From a virus (taxonomy: Duplodnaviria; Caudoviricetes): DNA of 64,000 nt. Positions 29,798-39,479 of the stretch are shown here, in pieces. Position 1 is the stretch's first letter; each line of letters starts with the position of its first letter. A program made the translations under genes and the position numbers. The DNA lies in the IMG/VR virus record IMGVR_UViG_3300023283_000076, positions 206,654 through 270,653 of that record; one strand, written 5' to 3'. The notes under the pieces are model-generated. The model ran no database searches, was not told the DNA's origin, and saw only the letters and a program-made list of their open reading frames with translations.

Positions 29798-29841
29798 ATT
29801 TACATAAATTTATACCTAATATTATTAAGGAGATAAGAGAC

Positions 29842-30789
29842 ATGGATGAGTTACTACAAAAACTAGTCGAAAGTGAACTTCTAACGGAAGACACTAAACA
29901 CCAGCTTGAAGAAGCTCTATCAAAAAAGATGGAAGAAAAGACGCAGCAAATAAGAGAAGAGGTTGAGACAGAAGTTAAAACTGAACTTGCTGAAAAATAT
30001 GCTGCAGATAAGGAAGAGTTAGTAGAAGCAATGGATACTGCTCTCGAAAAAGCATTAAATGAAGAAATATCTGAACTTAGAGAAGATATTGAAAGTTTCC
30101 GAAACTTAGAAACTGAATATGCAGAAAAACTTGTAGAATCTCGTCAGCAAATGGCCGATAACGTGAAAAAAGATATGACTGAGCTTCTAGAGGGATTAGA
30201 TGCATATGTCGATCAAAGATTACATGCAGAGCTTGATGAACTTAGAGAATCAATTGAAGATGTTCGTAAAGAAAACCATGGGCGTAAGATTTTGGAAACC
30301 ATTGGTGAAGAATATAGAAAAATGTTTACTGAAGAAGAAGATCTTGAGCAACAGGCTCTAGAAAAAGAAGAAGCACTTAAACAAGTTAACGAACAACTTA
30401 AAGAAGCTAAAGATGAATTGAGAAGAGTTGAACGTGACCAGAAGATGGAAGAGGTACTTGAAAGTCTTTCTGGTCAGAAGAAAGAAGTAATGTCTGCGAT
30501 TCTTCAAGGGGTTCCAACAGAACAACTTGATGAAGCGTATCGACGCTATATTGGAAGAGTCCTAACGGAAACTTCTAATGACGATAGTTCGGAGAAGGAT
30601 AATTCAGTACTTGCCGAAAAAGAAAACGAGGATGAGTCTAATGTTGACGACTTAAGAGTAGCATCTGGTGATTCTAGCGTTATTACCGAAGATCTTGATA
30701 ACGCTGATGACCTTCCAGAAAACTCTCAGGTCCGTAAACTTGATGAAAAAACTCGTAACCGTTTGAAAATGCTGAGTGGTATCAGTTAA
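29842..30789 (+). CDS. gp22: Prohead core scaffold protein gp22
   Basis: Acidic coiled coil directly upstream of MCP; AAGGAG SD. Confidence 0.85.
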   Translation: MDELLQKLVESELLTEDTKHQLEEALSKKMEEKTQQIREEVETEVKTELAEKYAADKEELVEAMDTALEKALNEEISELREDIESFRNLETEYAEKLVESRQQMADNVKKDMTELLEGLDAYVDQRLHAELDELRESIEDVRKENHGRKILETIGEEYRKMFTEEEDLEQQALEKEEALKQVNEQLKEAKDELRRVERDQKMEEVLESLSGQKKEVMSAILQGVPTEQLDEAYRRYIGRVLTETSNDDSSEKDNSVLAEKENEDESNVDDLRVASGDSSVITEDLDNADDLPENSQVRKLDEKTRNRLKMLSGIS

Positions 30790-30843
30790 CCAATAACATA
30801 GTGTAAAAAATAATAGTTAAAAAACAATAAAGGAGACTATAAA

Positions 30844-32295
30844 ATGGATGATAAACAAACACTAGTAGAAAATTGGAATGAGACCAAGGATGTCCTTCTC
30901 GATGGCCTTAAACCCGGACAGAAAGAAATCGTTGGACCTCTTCTAGAAAATCAACGTAAGCATATGTTGAACGAATCTGCTGCACAGGGTGCCGTACAGG
31001 CCCATGACGTAGCAAACTTCCGTAAAACACTGCTTCCAATGATTCGCCGTATTATCCCCGGTACAATCGGGAGTGAAATTGTAGGTGTTCAACCTATGTC
31101 AGGACCAGTGTCATTGGTTTATACTTTGAGATACAAGTATGAAGAAGACATGACGCACGATCCGGGCCGTTCACCATTTGGTGGATTTGATATTGAACCC
31201 GGTGATGAGGCTTTCGGTAACGAAAAGCTAATTCGTCAGTTCTATGCCGGTCAGGTTGCTGAATCAAATACACCATTCGAAGGGCTTGATCAAACTGCAG
31301 GAGCATCTGGTATTGCTGCAGCCGGAGGCGATGGAACATCTGATCCTGATGAAATCGATGCTGCTACAGCAGACGGTCAGGGTTGGCACTCTGAAGAAGA
31401 CGTAACCACATATGAAACTGGAACTACACTATTCGGTGAGCCAGTTGGTGGATCGTTGAAGGGTGGTTCTGGTAGCTTGCTAGAAGGCTCAGGCGGACGT
31501 AAGATGACCCTAGAGATCATCAACCAAGCTGTTGAAGCTCGTACCCGCAAATTACAAGCAGGTTGGACAATGGAAGCAATGCAGGACATGGATAGCCAGC
31601 ACGGTATTGATGTGGAATCAGAGCTTACCAAGGCACTATCTGCCGAAATTGTGCAGGAAATTGATGCTGAAATCATAACTGATCTTCTTGCTCTAGCAGG
31701 AACAACTAGAACATATGATTTCAACGAAACCGGTGGTTCTAACGGTTATGCACCAGCTTTCGTTGGTGACCGTTTTGCTAACCTAGGTGTTCGTATCAAT
31801 GAAGTTGCGAATGAGATTGGCCGTAAGACACGTCGCGGAACAGGTAACTACATCGTTGTATCACCAATGATTGTTTCTGTTCTACAGTCTGCAGCTAAAG
31901 CAGTATTCGCACCTGCCGTTGAGGGTAGCTTCAAAGGACCTAACAATACATATCTAGCCGGTACACTAAACGGTCAGATTAAGGTCTACAGCTACCTGTG
32001 GAACGCTGCACAGCCAACTGATGGTGAAGCGTTTAGTGCCGGACAAGGTCTTGGAAACGACCAAATCCTAGTTGGTTATAAAGGTGGTAATGGTGAAGTG
32101 GATGCCGGTTACTGGTATGCACCTTACATTCCATTGATGGGTTCCGGTGTGGTTGTTAACCCTGTTACCTTCCAGCCAGTAATGAGCTTAATGACTCGTT
32201 ATGGTAAGGTTGCTCTAACAGATACTACAACATCTCTCGGGAATTCAGCCGACTATTACGGTAAAATTAATGTTACTAACCTAGCGTTTCTCTAA
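30844..32295 (+). CDS. gp23: Major capsid protein gp23
   Basis: IVGVQPMSGPVSLVYTLRY, EAMQDMDSQHGIDVESEL, YAPYIPL, MTRYG; LNE cleavage site. Confidence 0.97.
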   Translation: MDDKQTLVENWNETKDVLLDGLKPGQKEIVGPLLENQRKHMLNESAAQGAVQAHDVANFRKTLLPMIRRIIPGTIGSEIVGVQPMSGPVSLVYTLRYKYEEDMTHDPGRSPFGGFDIEPGDEAFGNEKLIRQFYAGQVAESNTPFEGLDQTAGASGIAAAGGDGTSDPDEIDAATADGQGWHSEEDVTTYETGTTLFGEPVGGSLKGGSGSLLEGSGGRKMTLEIINQAVEARTRKLQAGWTMEAMQDMDSQHGIDVESELTKALSAEIVQEIDAEIITDLLALAGTTRTYDFNETGGSNGYAPAFVGDRFANLGVRINEVANEIGRKTRRGTGNYIVVSPMIVSVLQSAAKAVFAPAVEGSFKGPNNTYLAGTLNGQIKVYSYLWNAAQPTDGEAFSAGQGLGNDQILVGYKGGNGEVDAGYWYAPYIPLMGSGVVVNPVTFQPVMSLMTRYGKVALTDTTTSLGNSADYYGKINVTNLAFL

Positions 32296-32313
32296 ACCGT
32301 ATAAAAGCTCCAC

Positions 32314-32339
32314 AAAGCCCCGCCACGCGGGGCTTTTTT
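32314..32339 (+). terminator. Rho-independent terminator after MCP
   Basis: AAAGCCCCGC-cac-GCGGGGCTTT plus T-run. Confidence 0.92.
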
Positions 32340-32388
32340 ATTTCTATAAAAGAAACATCGCAAACTACTTCCGTTTTCAAGTTTAAGC

Positions 32389-32402
32389 TGTTATAATAAA
32401 TA
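32389..32402 (+). promoter_or_regulatory. Extended -10 promoter (TGnTATAAT) overlapping AATAAATA
   Basis: TGTTATAATAAATA upstream of ATG at 32422. Confidence 0.6.
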
Positions 32403-32421
32403 TATCAAAAGGTAGTTTGTT

Positions 32422-34035
32422 ATGAAAAAAGAATATTATGATTATATTGTTAACGAAATAAAACTAAGACCCAAGAATATAGATTTGACCACAAACGACG
32501 TACAGGATATAGAATGTCTTCTATGCGGTAACATATTTAAGGCAGGCGTGAAAGGTAAGGTAAATAATTATAGAAAACATGGGATGAAAGGGTGTAAAGA
32601 ATGTACTTCAATCCAAAGATATGAAAATATAAGAAATGATAGAATAAAAGAATTAGAGGAAAGATTTGAGCTATATAATATTGACCCGAAGACTGTAAAT
32701 AATATGTCTATGGTTAAAGTTCGTAATAAAAAATGCGACCACATTTTTAAAGTAAAATACGGAAATCTATTAAATCGTGACGTAAATTGCCCCATATGCA
32801 ACACAGAACGAAAAAGAGAGCAATTTAGACAATTTAATGACGAGCGCCATGAAGAGTCATACTTATTGAAAGAAGGTTTCGACGCATATAAACAGAAAGT
32901 GTACAAGCTTACTAGAGAAACATATAGAAAACACAAAGGCAAGATCAATCCTGAGAACCATACAAGAGTATTAAGTGGTGAGAAAGGCTACCATTTAGAT
33001 CATATCGTATCTGTAAGAAATTCCTTTGATTTAGGAGTCCCGCCAGAAGTATGTGCAGATTATAGAAATATGCGCATGGTGAAATGGAAGGATAATAATA
33101 AAAAGTGGAAGCGCTCTTCTCTTAGAATACCAGAACCCTATTATCCATATGTTAATAATACATCAGATGAATTTATAAAAATAATGAAAAATTCTGTAAA
33201 AACAGATTTTAATGCATATGTAGATTTCTCTAAATTCATGCTGACCCTATATAATGAAAAGGAAAAATTTGGTATATATTACGCTCCACTTTCTACTAAT
33301 ACACAGCAGATATTAGGCTCTAAGAATTATTTTAAGCAGATGAAGGAATACTTTGCTGAAAAAAGTATCACATTAATAATAATATTTGAAGATGAATGGA
33401 TCAAGAATAGATTATTAGTTATCGACAAAATAAAACATTATATGAACCAGAGTGAAAAGACTACCATATATGGTAGAAAATGTGAAATACAGGAAATAGG
33501 AGTAACTGATAAGAATAGTTTTTTGAATGCAAATCACATACAGGGTACTTGTGTAAGTCAAATAAATTTGGGAGCCTTTCATGATGGAAAATTGGTAGCA
33601 GTTATGACATTTTCTAAGCCTAGAATATTGATGAATAAAAAAGAGCAAGCTGGAGGCGTGTATGAACTTGCGAGATTTGCGACAGATGTACAATATCGTA
33701 TACCGGGAATTGCCTCTAAATTGTTGAAACATTTTCAAAGAAACTATAATTATAGTGAGATATATTCATATGCAGATATACGCTGGTCTGATGGTAATCT
33801 TTATGAGGTATTGGGATTTGAGAAAACAATTGTTAACCCACCAAATTATCATTATATCATAAATAATCAACGAAGGCACAGATGGGGTTATCGTAAAGAT
33901 GCTTTAAAAGAAAAGTTTTTAGATAACTATGATAAAAATTTAACAGAATATCAAAATATGTTAAACATGGGACATGATAGGGTTTGGGATGCGGGATCAA
34001 TTAAATATATACTACAAAAGGAAAAGGGTATATGA
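32422..34035 (+). mobile_element. Free-standing homing-endonuclease-like CDS: Zn fingers + HNH + degenerate Vsr-like + Mom-like GNAT domain
   Basis: CLLC/CKEC/CPIC; YHLDHIVS...ADYRNMRMV..KDNNKK (HNH-like); YELARF...PGIASKLLK...SYADIRWSDGNLYEVLGF. Confidence 0.8.
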
Positions 34036-34265
34036 AATTATACTGTCCAACAATAAAAGATAAACTGCGAAAATATAAAAATATACATATGTGGTTTGCA
34101 TGGAGACCTGTTAGGATTAATGACAGTAATAGATGTGCATGGTTGGAATATGTTGTCCGAAGTTATCCGGAAGCGGGTATTAATAGGTATGGTAATGATG
34201 AACAATTATTTTTGGGAGATCCTAAATATGAAACCATAAATAATCTTGAAATGTTTAAGAAATAA
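34032..34265 (+). CDS. Hypothetical protein
   Basis: 77 aa, WFAWRPV motif, ATGA overlap. Confidence 0.65.
   Translation: MKLYCPTIKDKLRKYKNIHMWFAWRPVRINDSNRCAWLEYVVRSYPEAGINRYGNDEQLFLGDPKYETINNLEMFKK
34235..34242 (+). promoter_or_regulatory. Late promoter CATAAATA embedded in upstream ORF
   Basis: 25 nt upstream of ATG at 34268, same spacing as other late promoters. Confidence 0.5.
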
Positions 34266-34267
34266 TT

Positions 34268-34924
34268 ATGGATATACATAAAATATTAGAAGCTCCCTTA
34301 CCTGATGATTGGGATAGTAGTAAATTTTCTTCCAATAACACATTTAAAGATAGAATAGAATATGCTAAAAAAATGGCGCAACGAATCGGCGGGGGTTCTA
34401 GCAGAATAGCTTTTTTAATTAAATATAAAAATCGAGATACAATATTGAAAGTTGCCAAGAATAAAAAGGGGATGGTTCAAAATGAAAGAGAATCCATGGC
34501 CTTTAATGATGCTAGTATGCTTGGTGTTGAAGGCACTGTTACGGTTCCCATGATTGATTATGACGAAAAAAATTCACAACCCACATGGCTACACGTTGAA
34601 TACGCACCTAAATTAAAAAGTGAGAAACAATTTAGACAATTATCCGGGGGATTTGAATTAGAAGATATATTAAATTATGCTGCTAAATTAACCAATAATC
34701 GATCAATACTAGGAGCAAATAATAAAACTTTTTCGAATGAATTTACTGATAAAATATGGGAAGCCGAGGGGTCATTTGCATATGAGTTAGTTAATTTTAT
34801 AGGTAATACTGACACACATTTAGCTGATTTACGCAGACTTTCAAACTGGGGCGCATATAATAACAATCCCGTTATTATAGATTTGGGAGTAGATGAACAA
34901 ATATTGAAAAAATTCTATTCTTGA
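34268..34924 (+). CDS. Protein-kinase-like (PKL) fold protein
   Basis: IGGGSSRIAF (Gly loop), ILKVA (Lys), QNERE (alphaC Glu), ADLRRLSNWG (catalytic D..N), IIDLG (DFG-like). Confidence 0.72.
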   Translation: MDIHKILEAPLPDDWDSSKFSSNNTFKDRIEYAKKMAQRIGGGSSRIAFLIKYKNRDTILKVAKNKKGMVQNERESMAFNDASMLGVEGTVTVPMIDYDEKNSQPTWLHVEYAPKLKSEKQFRQLSGGFELEDILNYAAKLTNNRSILGANNKTFSNEFTDKIWEAEGSFAYELVNFIGNTDTHLADLRRLSNWGAYNNNPVIIDLGVDEQILKKFYS

Positions 34925-34957
34925 GTAATACTTATTTTTAATCATCAATTTATACAG

Positions 34958-34965
34958 TATAAATA
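34958..34965 (+). promoter_or_regulatory. Late promoter TATAAATA
   Basis: 26 nt upstream of TTG at 34992. Confidence 0.6.
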
Positions 34966-34991
34966 TTATTAACTAAAAATGGGGATCTGTT

Positions 34992-35342
34992 TTGAAAGAT
35001 ATTAAAGATTTATCTTTTTCAGAGTATTATAAATCAAAGCAACAATTGTTAGAGAAAGCAGAGGACACGCCTAGAATATACTCTTTATATGAAATTAAAA
35101 CATATAAAAAGGTTCCTTTAAAAGAATCTTATGACGATGAGGATAAAACATATATAAATTTTAAGCCTAAAGATCGTATAAAAATATTATGGGAATATGA
35201 AGATATATATTATCCTACTGCTAGAAATTTTGTAGTATTGTCGGAAGAAAACAATACCAAAACTTATTATCCATGTTGGGGCAGTAAAAAGCTGTTAAAG
35301 TGGGTATTAGTTAACACCAAAGAGATAGAAAATGTTAATTAA
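34992..35342 (+). CDS. Hypothetical protein
   Basis: 116 aa, TTG start. Confidence 0.65.
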   Translation: MKDIKDLSFSEYYKSKQQLLEKAEDTPRIYSLYEIKTYKKVPLKESYDDEDKTYINFKPKDRIKILWEYEDIYYPTARNFVVLSEENNTKTYYPCWGSKKLLKWVLVNTKEIENVN

Positions 35343-35709
35343 CATTAATTCACGAATATATAAAAATCCATATGGGTTAAAGGATTTTTTAAAAATGGCT
35401 GAAACAATAAACAATATATGCCATGAAAATTTTGATGTTTACCAGTTATGTATTTTAAAAAGTGAATTAGAATCGATAGATAATGAATATAATGAGAAAG
35501 ATAAATTATTTAACAGGCATACACGGGTAAAACTAACCAATCGAATGAAAAAATATTCTAAAATTTCTCCATGTGCAGAAATTTTCTATATGTCTATATT
35601 TCGTGAGTTGCTTAACAAGCATAAAAATGAACCCATACATGAACTTATTAGATACATTAATAAACTAACATTAATGTCTAAAAATGGTGCCATAACTACT
35701 AAATATTAG
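35332..35709 (+). CDS. Hypothetical protein
   Basis: 125 aa, overlaps upstream stop. Confidence 0.6.
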   Translation: MLININSRIYKNPYGLKDFLKMAETINNICHENFDVYQLCILKSELESIDNEYNEKDKLFNRHTRVKLTNRMKKYSKISPCAEIFYMSIFRELLNKHKNEPIHELIRYINKLTLMSKNGAITTKY

Positions 35710-35737
35710 TATTATTTACCAAGGGGTTAGAGAATTT

Positions 35738-36448
35738 ATGTGGCCTAAACTTTTAGAATGGTTAGAAAAGTATGGCGGGGAAAGTATTGTTGTTCTTGTA
35801 ATATCAGGTGCACTATATGTTTTTTGGGAAACTTATATCAAATACATTTTCCAAAAAAAATATTCTGATTACAAAAGAAAAAACGACAACCCCGTTTTAG
35901 AAGATAAACCAGCAACGACCGAAGAACAAAAGGATATGTTGAAACATCAAGATTTTTTTTCTAATGTTGAATTTAAAATTAATGTGGATATTCCGTCGGA
36001 AGATTTTTCAAAAAATCCTGTTAAAAAGTGTCTTTATAAAAATATTTTATTGATATTGTTTGAAGCGTATCATGAAAACATGTTAATTTTTATAAAGAAT
36101 TTAGATGTTAATTGGGACAAGCATGAATGGTTAAAAGAGTTAAATACCGTAAATTATAAAATTATAGAGGAATTGAAATCGAAATCTACGCAGCGTGGAA
36201 TTCCTAAAAAGGCGATTCAGTTTTTTCTGACATGGTATAATCCGTTTATGCAACAAATTTATTTTTATATGAGAAAGATTTCAGATATGGATAATAGAAA
36301 TGCTGTGGATAATACAAATACATATCTTTTATTATTAGAATTAATATTGATGAACACCTTGTCAGACATTAAAAATATCGGTAACTTTGATTTTGAATTA
36401 GATGGGTTAGAATATAAAGGTCAGATAATAACAGGCGAAGATGGGTAA
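35738..36448 (+). CDS. Membrane-anchored hypothetical protein (possibly holin/lysis-related)
   Basis: N-terminal hydrophobic SIVVLVISGALYVFW followed by soluble domain. Confidence 0.55.
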   Translation: MWPKLLEWLEKYGGESIVVLVISGALYVFWETYIKYIFQKKYSDYKRKNDNPVLEDKPATTEEQKDMLKHQDFFSNVEFKINVDIPSEDFSKNPVKKCLYKNILLILFEAYHENMLIFIKNLDVNWDKHEWLKELNTVNYKIIEELKSKSTQRGIPKKAIQFFLTWYNPFMQQIYFYMRKISDMDNRNAVDNTNTYLLLLELILMNTLSDIKNIGNFDFELDGLEYKGQIITGEDG

Positions 36449-36498
36449 GAACACTTTTTAGCTGGTTATTTTGAAGGGTCAAGGGGTATTTGCTTTTT

Positions 36499-36506
36499 GA
36501 TAAATA
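36499..36506 (+). promoter_or_regulatory. Late promoter GATAAATA
   Basis: 28 nt upstream of neck gene ATG. Confidence 0.6.
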
Positions 36507-36534
36507 ATAGACATATAAAGATTTAACCTATAAC

Positions 36535-39471
36535 ATGTCTATATACGATTCATTTGCAGATAAGCCTAACAGAATTAGAGAAGAAGGGCAAGAGATAACA
36601 TTAAGATTTTCTCGTATTGACGATAATACTGGAAAAATAACATGGAATATACCACCCGGGTTTAAAGGATGTGCCGGGGATGGTGTTTATGATGGGATTG
36701 TAATAACAGTAAGCAGAAGTCCAGCAGATTATATCGAATCGTCTCCCAAAGATGGGACTTTTTATATAGGCGACAATAGTGTTGACCCAGATTTACATGC
36801 TGGAAGTAAACTTCTTAATAACGAAGAAGAAAAGGTTTTAGTGGTTGGTGCTTTTTATAATGACAGAACCACTACAGAACTTGAAGTGATGGATCTTGAA
36901 CCTAGGACCGCGTATTATTTTTCGGGATACGCAGTAGATAATGTGGCAAGGTATCACAGAGAGGGAGTGCATTCATATTCTCTTCCTACCGGAATAGCAG
37001 AAAGTAATGAGGAAATGTTGACCTCAGCAGAGCATGTCGTAGATTTAGATGAGGATGTAAACCTATCATCGGCTACTGGTGTTAAGGAAGGAAAAGAGTT
37101 TAATATAATAGCTGACATAAACGAAGAAGAAGATGTAGAAATAAAAATAAACGGAAATGAAGCAAAAACGTATCGTTCTATGATAGAGACTATCAACCAA
37201 CGATACATGGAACTAGATGAACCATATTATTCCCCCACGGTTCCATTTAAGGGCACTATTTTTACAATTAACGGACAATTTTATAGATGGGACGGTGAAA
37301 GTAGAATAGAGATTAATCCGTTAGAAAGCGATAATATACCGAACATCGCACAAGAGGGAGATTTGTGGTATAATACTACTATAGGAACGTTAAATGAATA
37401 CGATTCTGGTCAGTGGGTAGAACAAACAGTCATAAAATATGATTTTGATATTACAACGCCACCAGACGGGGCCATTTGGTTTGATGGTGTTATGGCAAGA
37501 GAATGGAGGGGAGATTTATGGTGTGATGTAAATACTATAATAAGTGAGAGAAACCCTCTTTTGCCTCCAAAACTAAAGGGAAATGTATATTGGTTCAATA
37601 CTGATACGGGAGAGTTTTTTGAAAGAAATACTGAATTAAAAAAATGGGAAGATGCGTTAGTTATACATTTTTCGAAAGATCCAGAGGACATAGACATTGG
37701 AGATTTTTGGTTTGATGAAACAAATGAAAAGGTTTTTCAATTAATATCTGGATTTTTATGGGAAGAGGTTACGGATATAATTTTTGAGGAAACGAATTCC
37801 ACACCGTCTAACAATGAAGAAGAAGTAGAATACAGATATGTAATAGATGAGCAGACTCTATATGAATGGAAGGCTACTGAATTAGAATGGGTACCCGTTC
37901 CAATCGCCATATTTCCAACAGACCCAAGAAATAGAGAATCATGTGGTCTATGGTGGGATTCATCACCAAACGTTGACAATGTGTTTTTGTGGGACAATAT
38001 CAATAATACATGGATTCCTTCGGATAGTTTTTTCCAACAGTCTAGAGACCCGGCGTTACCTGAAAAGTTAGAAGAGGGTAGTGTTTGGTATAACTCCAAA
38101 ACAGGAGAACTGCTAAAAATATTAAGTCAAACATGCGAGAAGGTTAATTTCATAGATGAAGTGTTTAATCCGGTGAATGACGTTCCTATTGGTTTATTCT
38201 GGAAACATGATGACATATTCAAAGAATGGAATGGAACCAATTGGGTAGAAATAGATCCACAACCATTAAATTGGATCAAAGACCCTACGATTGTTGAGGA
38301 AGGAACCTATTGGTTAAATTCAATGAATGTTTTAAAGGTTTGGAACGGAACCGAGTGGATGGAAGTAGAAGTATCAAATGAAGATCCAATTCCAGATGAT
38401 GGTTTTCTTTGGTATAATACTGTAGACAAACAGTTATATGAATGGAACGAAAATACTAAATGGACAAAAACTACAGGTGTAGTTTTTGTTGAGTTTGTCC
38501 CTAAAAAAACAGTAGAAGGGCGAGCATTATTAGAGTTTAAAACGCGTAAAAAGGGTTGTGATGCGTTTCTGGAATTAAAGGCGAGAAAAGATAATATTTT
38601 ATCTGCGCTTAAAACGAGTATACGATATAGACATCCAAAAGAAGGTAAAGATTTAGAAGAAGGCAACCCCATGTATAAAAGATTAGGCGTGGGGGATGAT
38701 GGCAGCCCAGATGAACGAAGAGAGCTTCATGATACAGTACGCCAAATATTAGGGGAACCAAGCACTAAAGTAGAGTTATCTAAAGCAAATATTGATATAT
38801 GCATAGACAATGCACTGACACAACTTAGGAAATATGGTGGCATATCATATAAAAGAGGGTTCTTTTTCTTAGATCTTAAACCTAACCAACAACATTATGT
38901 ATTAAATGACCGATGCACTGGGTTTAATACAATAGTAGAAGTAAAGGGTGTGTTCAGATTACGCAGTGGTTTTTTTCAAGGGGCGTATTCTGGCCATGAC
39001 ATTTATGGATATGCAGCACTAAAACAATTATACACATTAGGCTCTTTTGATTTATTAACTTTCCACAACGTATCCCATTTTATTGAAGAATTAGAAACTC
39101 TATTTGCTACAAGAATAACATATCAATGGGTTGAAAGATTAAGAGAACTCCGGCTATTGAACGCAATTTATCATCCAGAGCGGGTATTAGTAGATGCCAG
39201 TATAGAAAGAACGGAACAAGATTTAATTGTAGATAGGGGAACCAAGTTATGGTTACAACGATGGGCAGTAGCTGAGGCGAAAATGATGCTATCGCAGAGC
39301 CGAGGAAAATTTCAAACGTTGCCCGGGCCTAACGGGAGCACTGTATTAAATGCACAAGAATTAATTACACAATCCGAGGCTGAGAAAGCAGTATTAATGG
39401 AAGAGCTAGAAGACATGGCAATGCAGGGAGTAGAAGAAGTAGGATTAAGTGCTTATTTTGTATTAGGATAA
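36535..39471 (+). CDS. gp13: Neck protein gp13-like with large N-terminal FN3-like and Trp-rich repeat extension
   Basis: C-terminal LGEP..KVEL...IDICIDNAL...W...WAVAEAKMMLSQSRGKF...LNAQEL; DLEPRTAYYFSGYAVD (FN3-like); repeated GDLWYN/GAIWFD/GDFWFD/GSVWYN units. Confidence 0.8.
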   Translation: MSIYDSFADKPNRIREEGQEITLRFSRIDDNTGKITWNIPPGFKGCAGDGVYDGIVITVSRSPADYIESSPKDGTFYIGDNSVDPDLHAGSKLLNNEEEKVLVVGAFYNDRTTTELEVMDLEPRTAYYFSGYAVDNVARYHREGVHSYSLPTGIAESNEEMLTSAEHVVDLDEDVNLSSATGVKEGKEFNIIADINEEEDVEIKINGNEAKTYRSMIETINQRYMELDEPYYSPTVPFKGTIFTINGQFYRWDGESRIEINPLESDNIPNIAQEGDLWYNTTIGTLNEYDSGQWVEQTVIKYDFDITTPPDGAIWFDGVMAREWRGDLWCDVNTIISERNPLLPPKLKGNVYWFNTDTGEFFERNTELKKWEDALVIHFSKDPEDIDIGDFWFDETNEKVFQLISGFLWEEVTDIIFEETNSTPSNNEEEVEYRYVIDEQTLYEWKATELEWVPVPIAIFPTDPRNRESCGLWWDSSPNVDNVFLWDNINNTWIPSDSFFQQSRDPALPEKLEEGSVWYNSKTGELLKILSQTCEKVNFIDEVFNPVNDVPIGLFWKHDDIFKEWNGTNWVEIDPQPLNWIKDPTIVEEGTYWLNSMNVLKVWNGTEWMEVEVSNEDPIPDDGFLWYNTVDKQLYEWNENTKWTKTTGVVFVEFVPKKTVEGRALLEFKTRKKGCDAFLELKARKDNILSALKTSIRYRHPKEGKDLEEGNPMYKRLGVGDDGSPDERRELHDTVRQILGEPSTKVELSKANIDICIDNALTQLRKYGGISYKRGFFFLDLKPNQQHYVLNDRCTGFNTIVEVKGVFRLRSGFFQGAYSGHDIYGYAALKQLYTLGSFDLLTFHNVSHFIEELETLFATRITYQWVERLRELRLLNAIYHPERVLVDASIERTEQDLIVDRGTKLWLQRWAVAEAKMMLSQSRGKFQTLPGPNGSTVLNAQELITQSEAEKAVLMEELEDMAMQGVEEVGLSAYFVLG

Positions 39472-39479
39472 TTTATACT

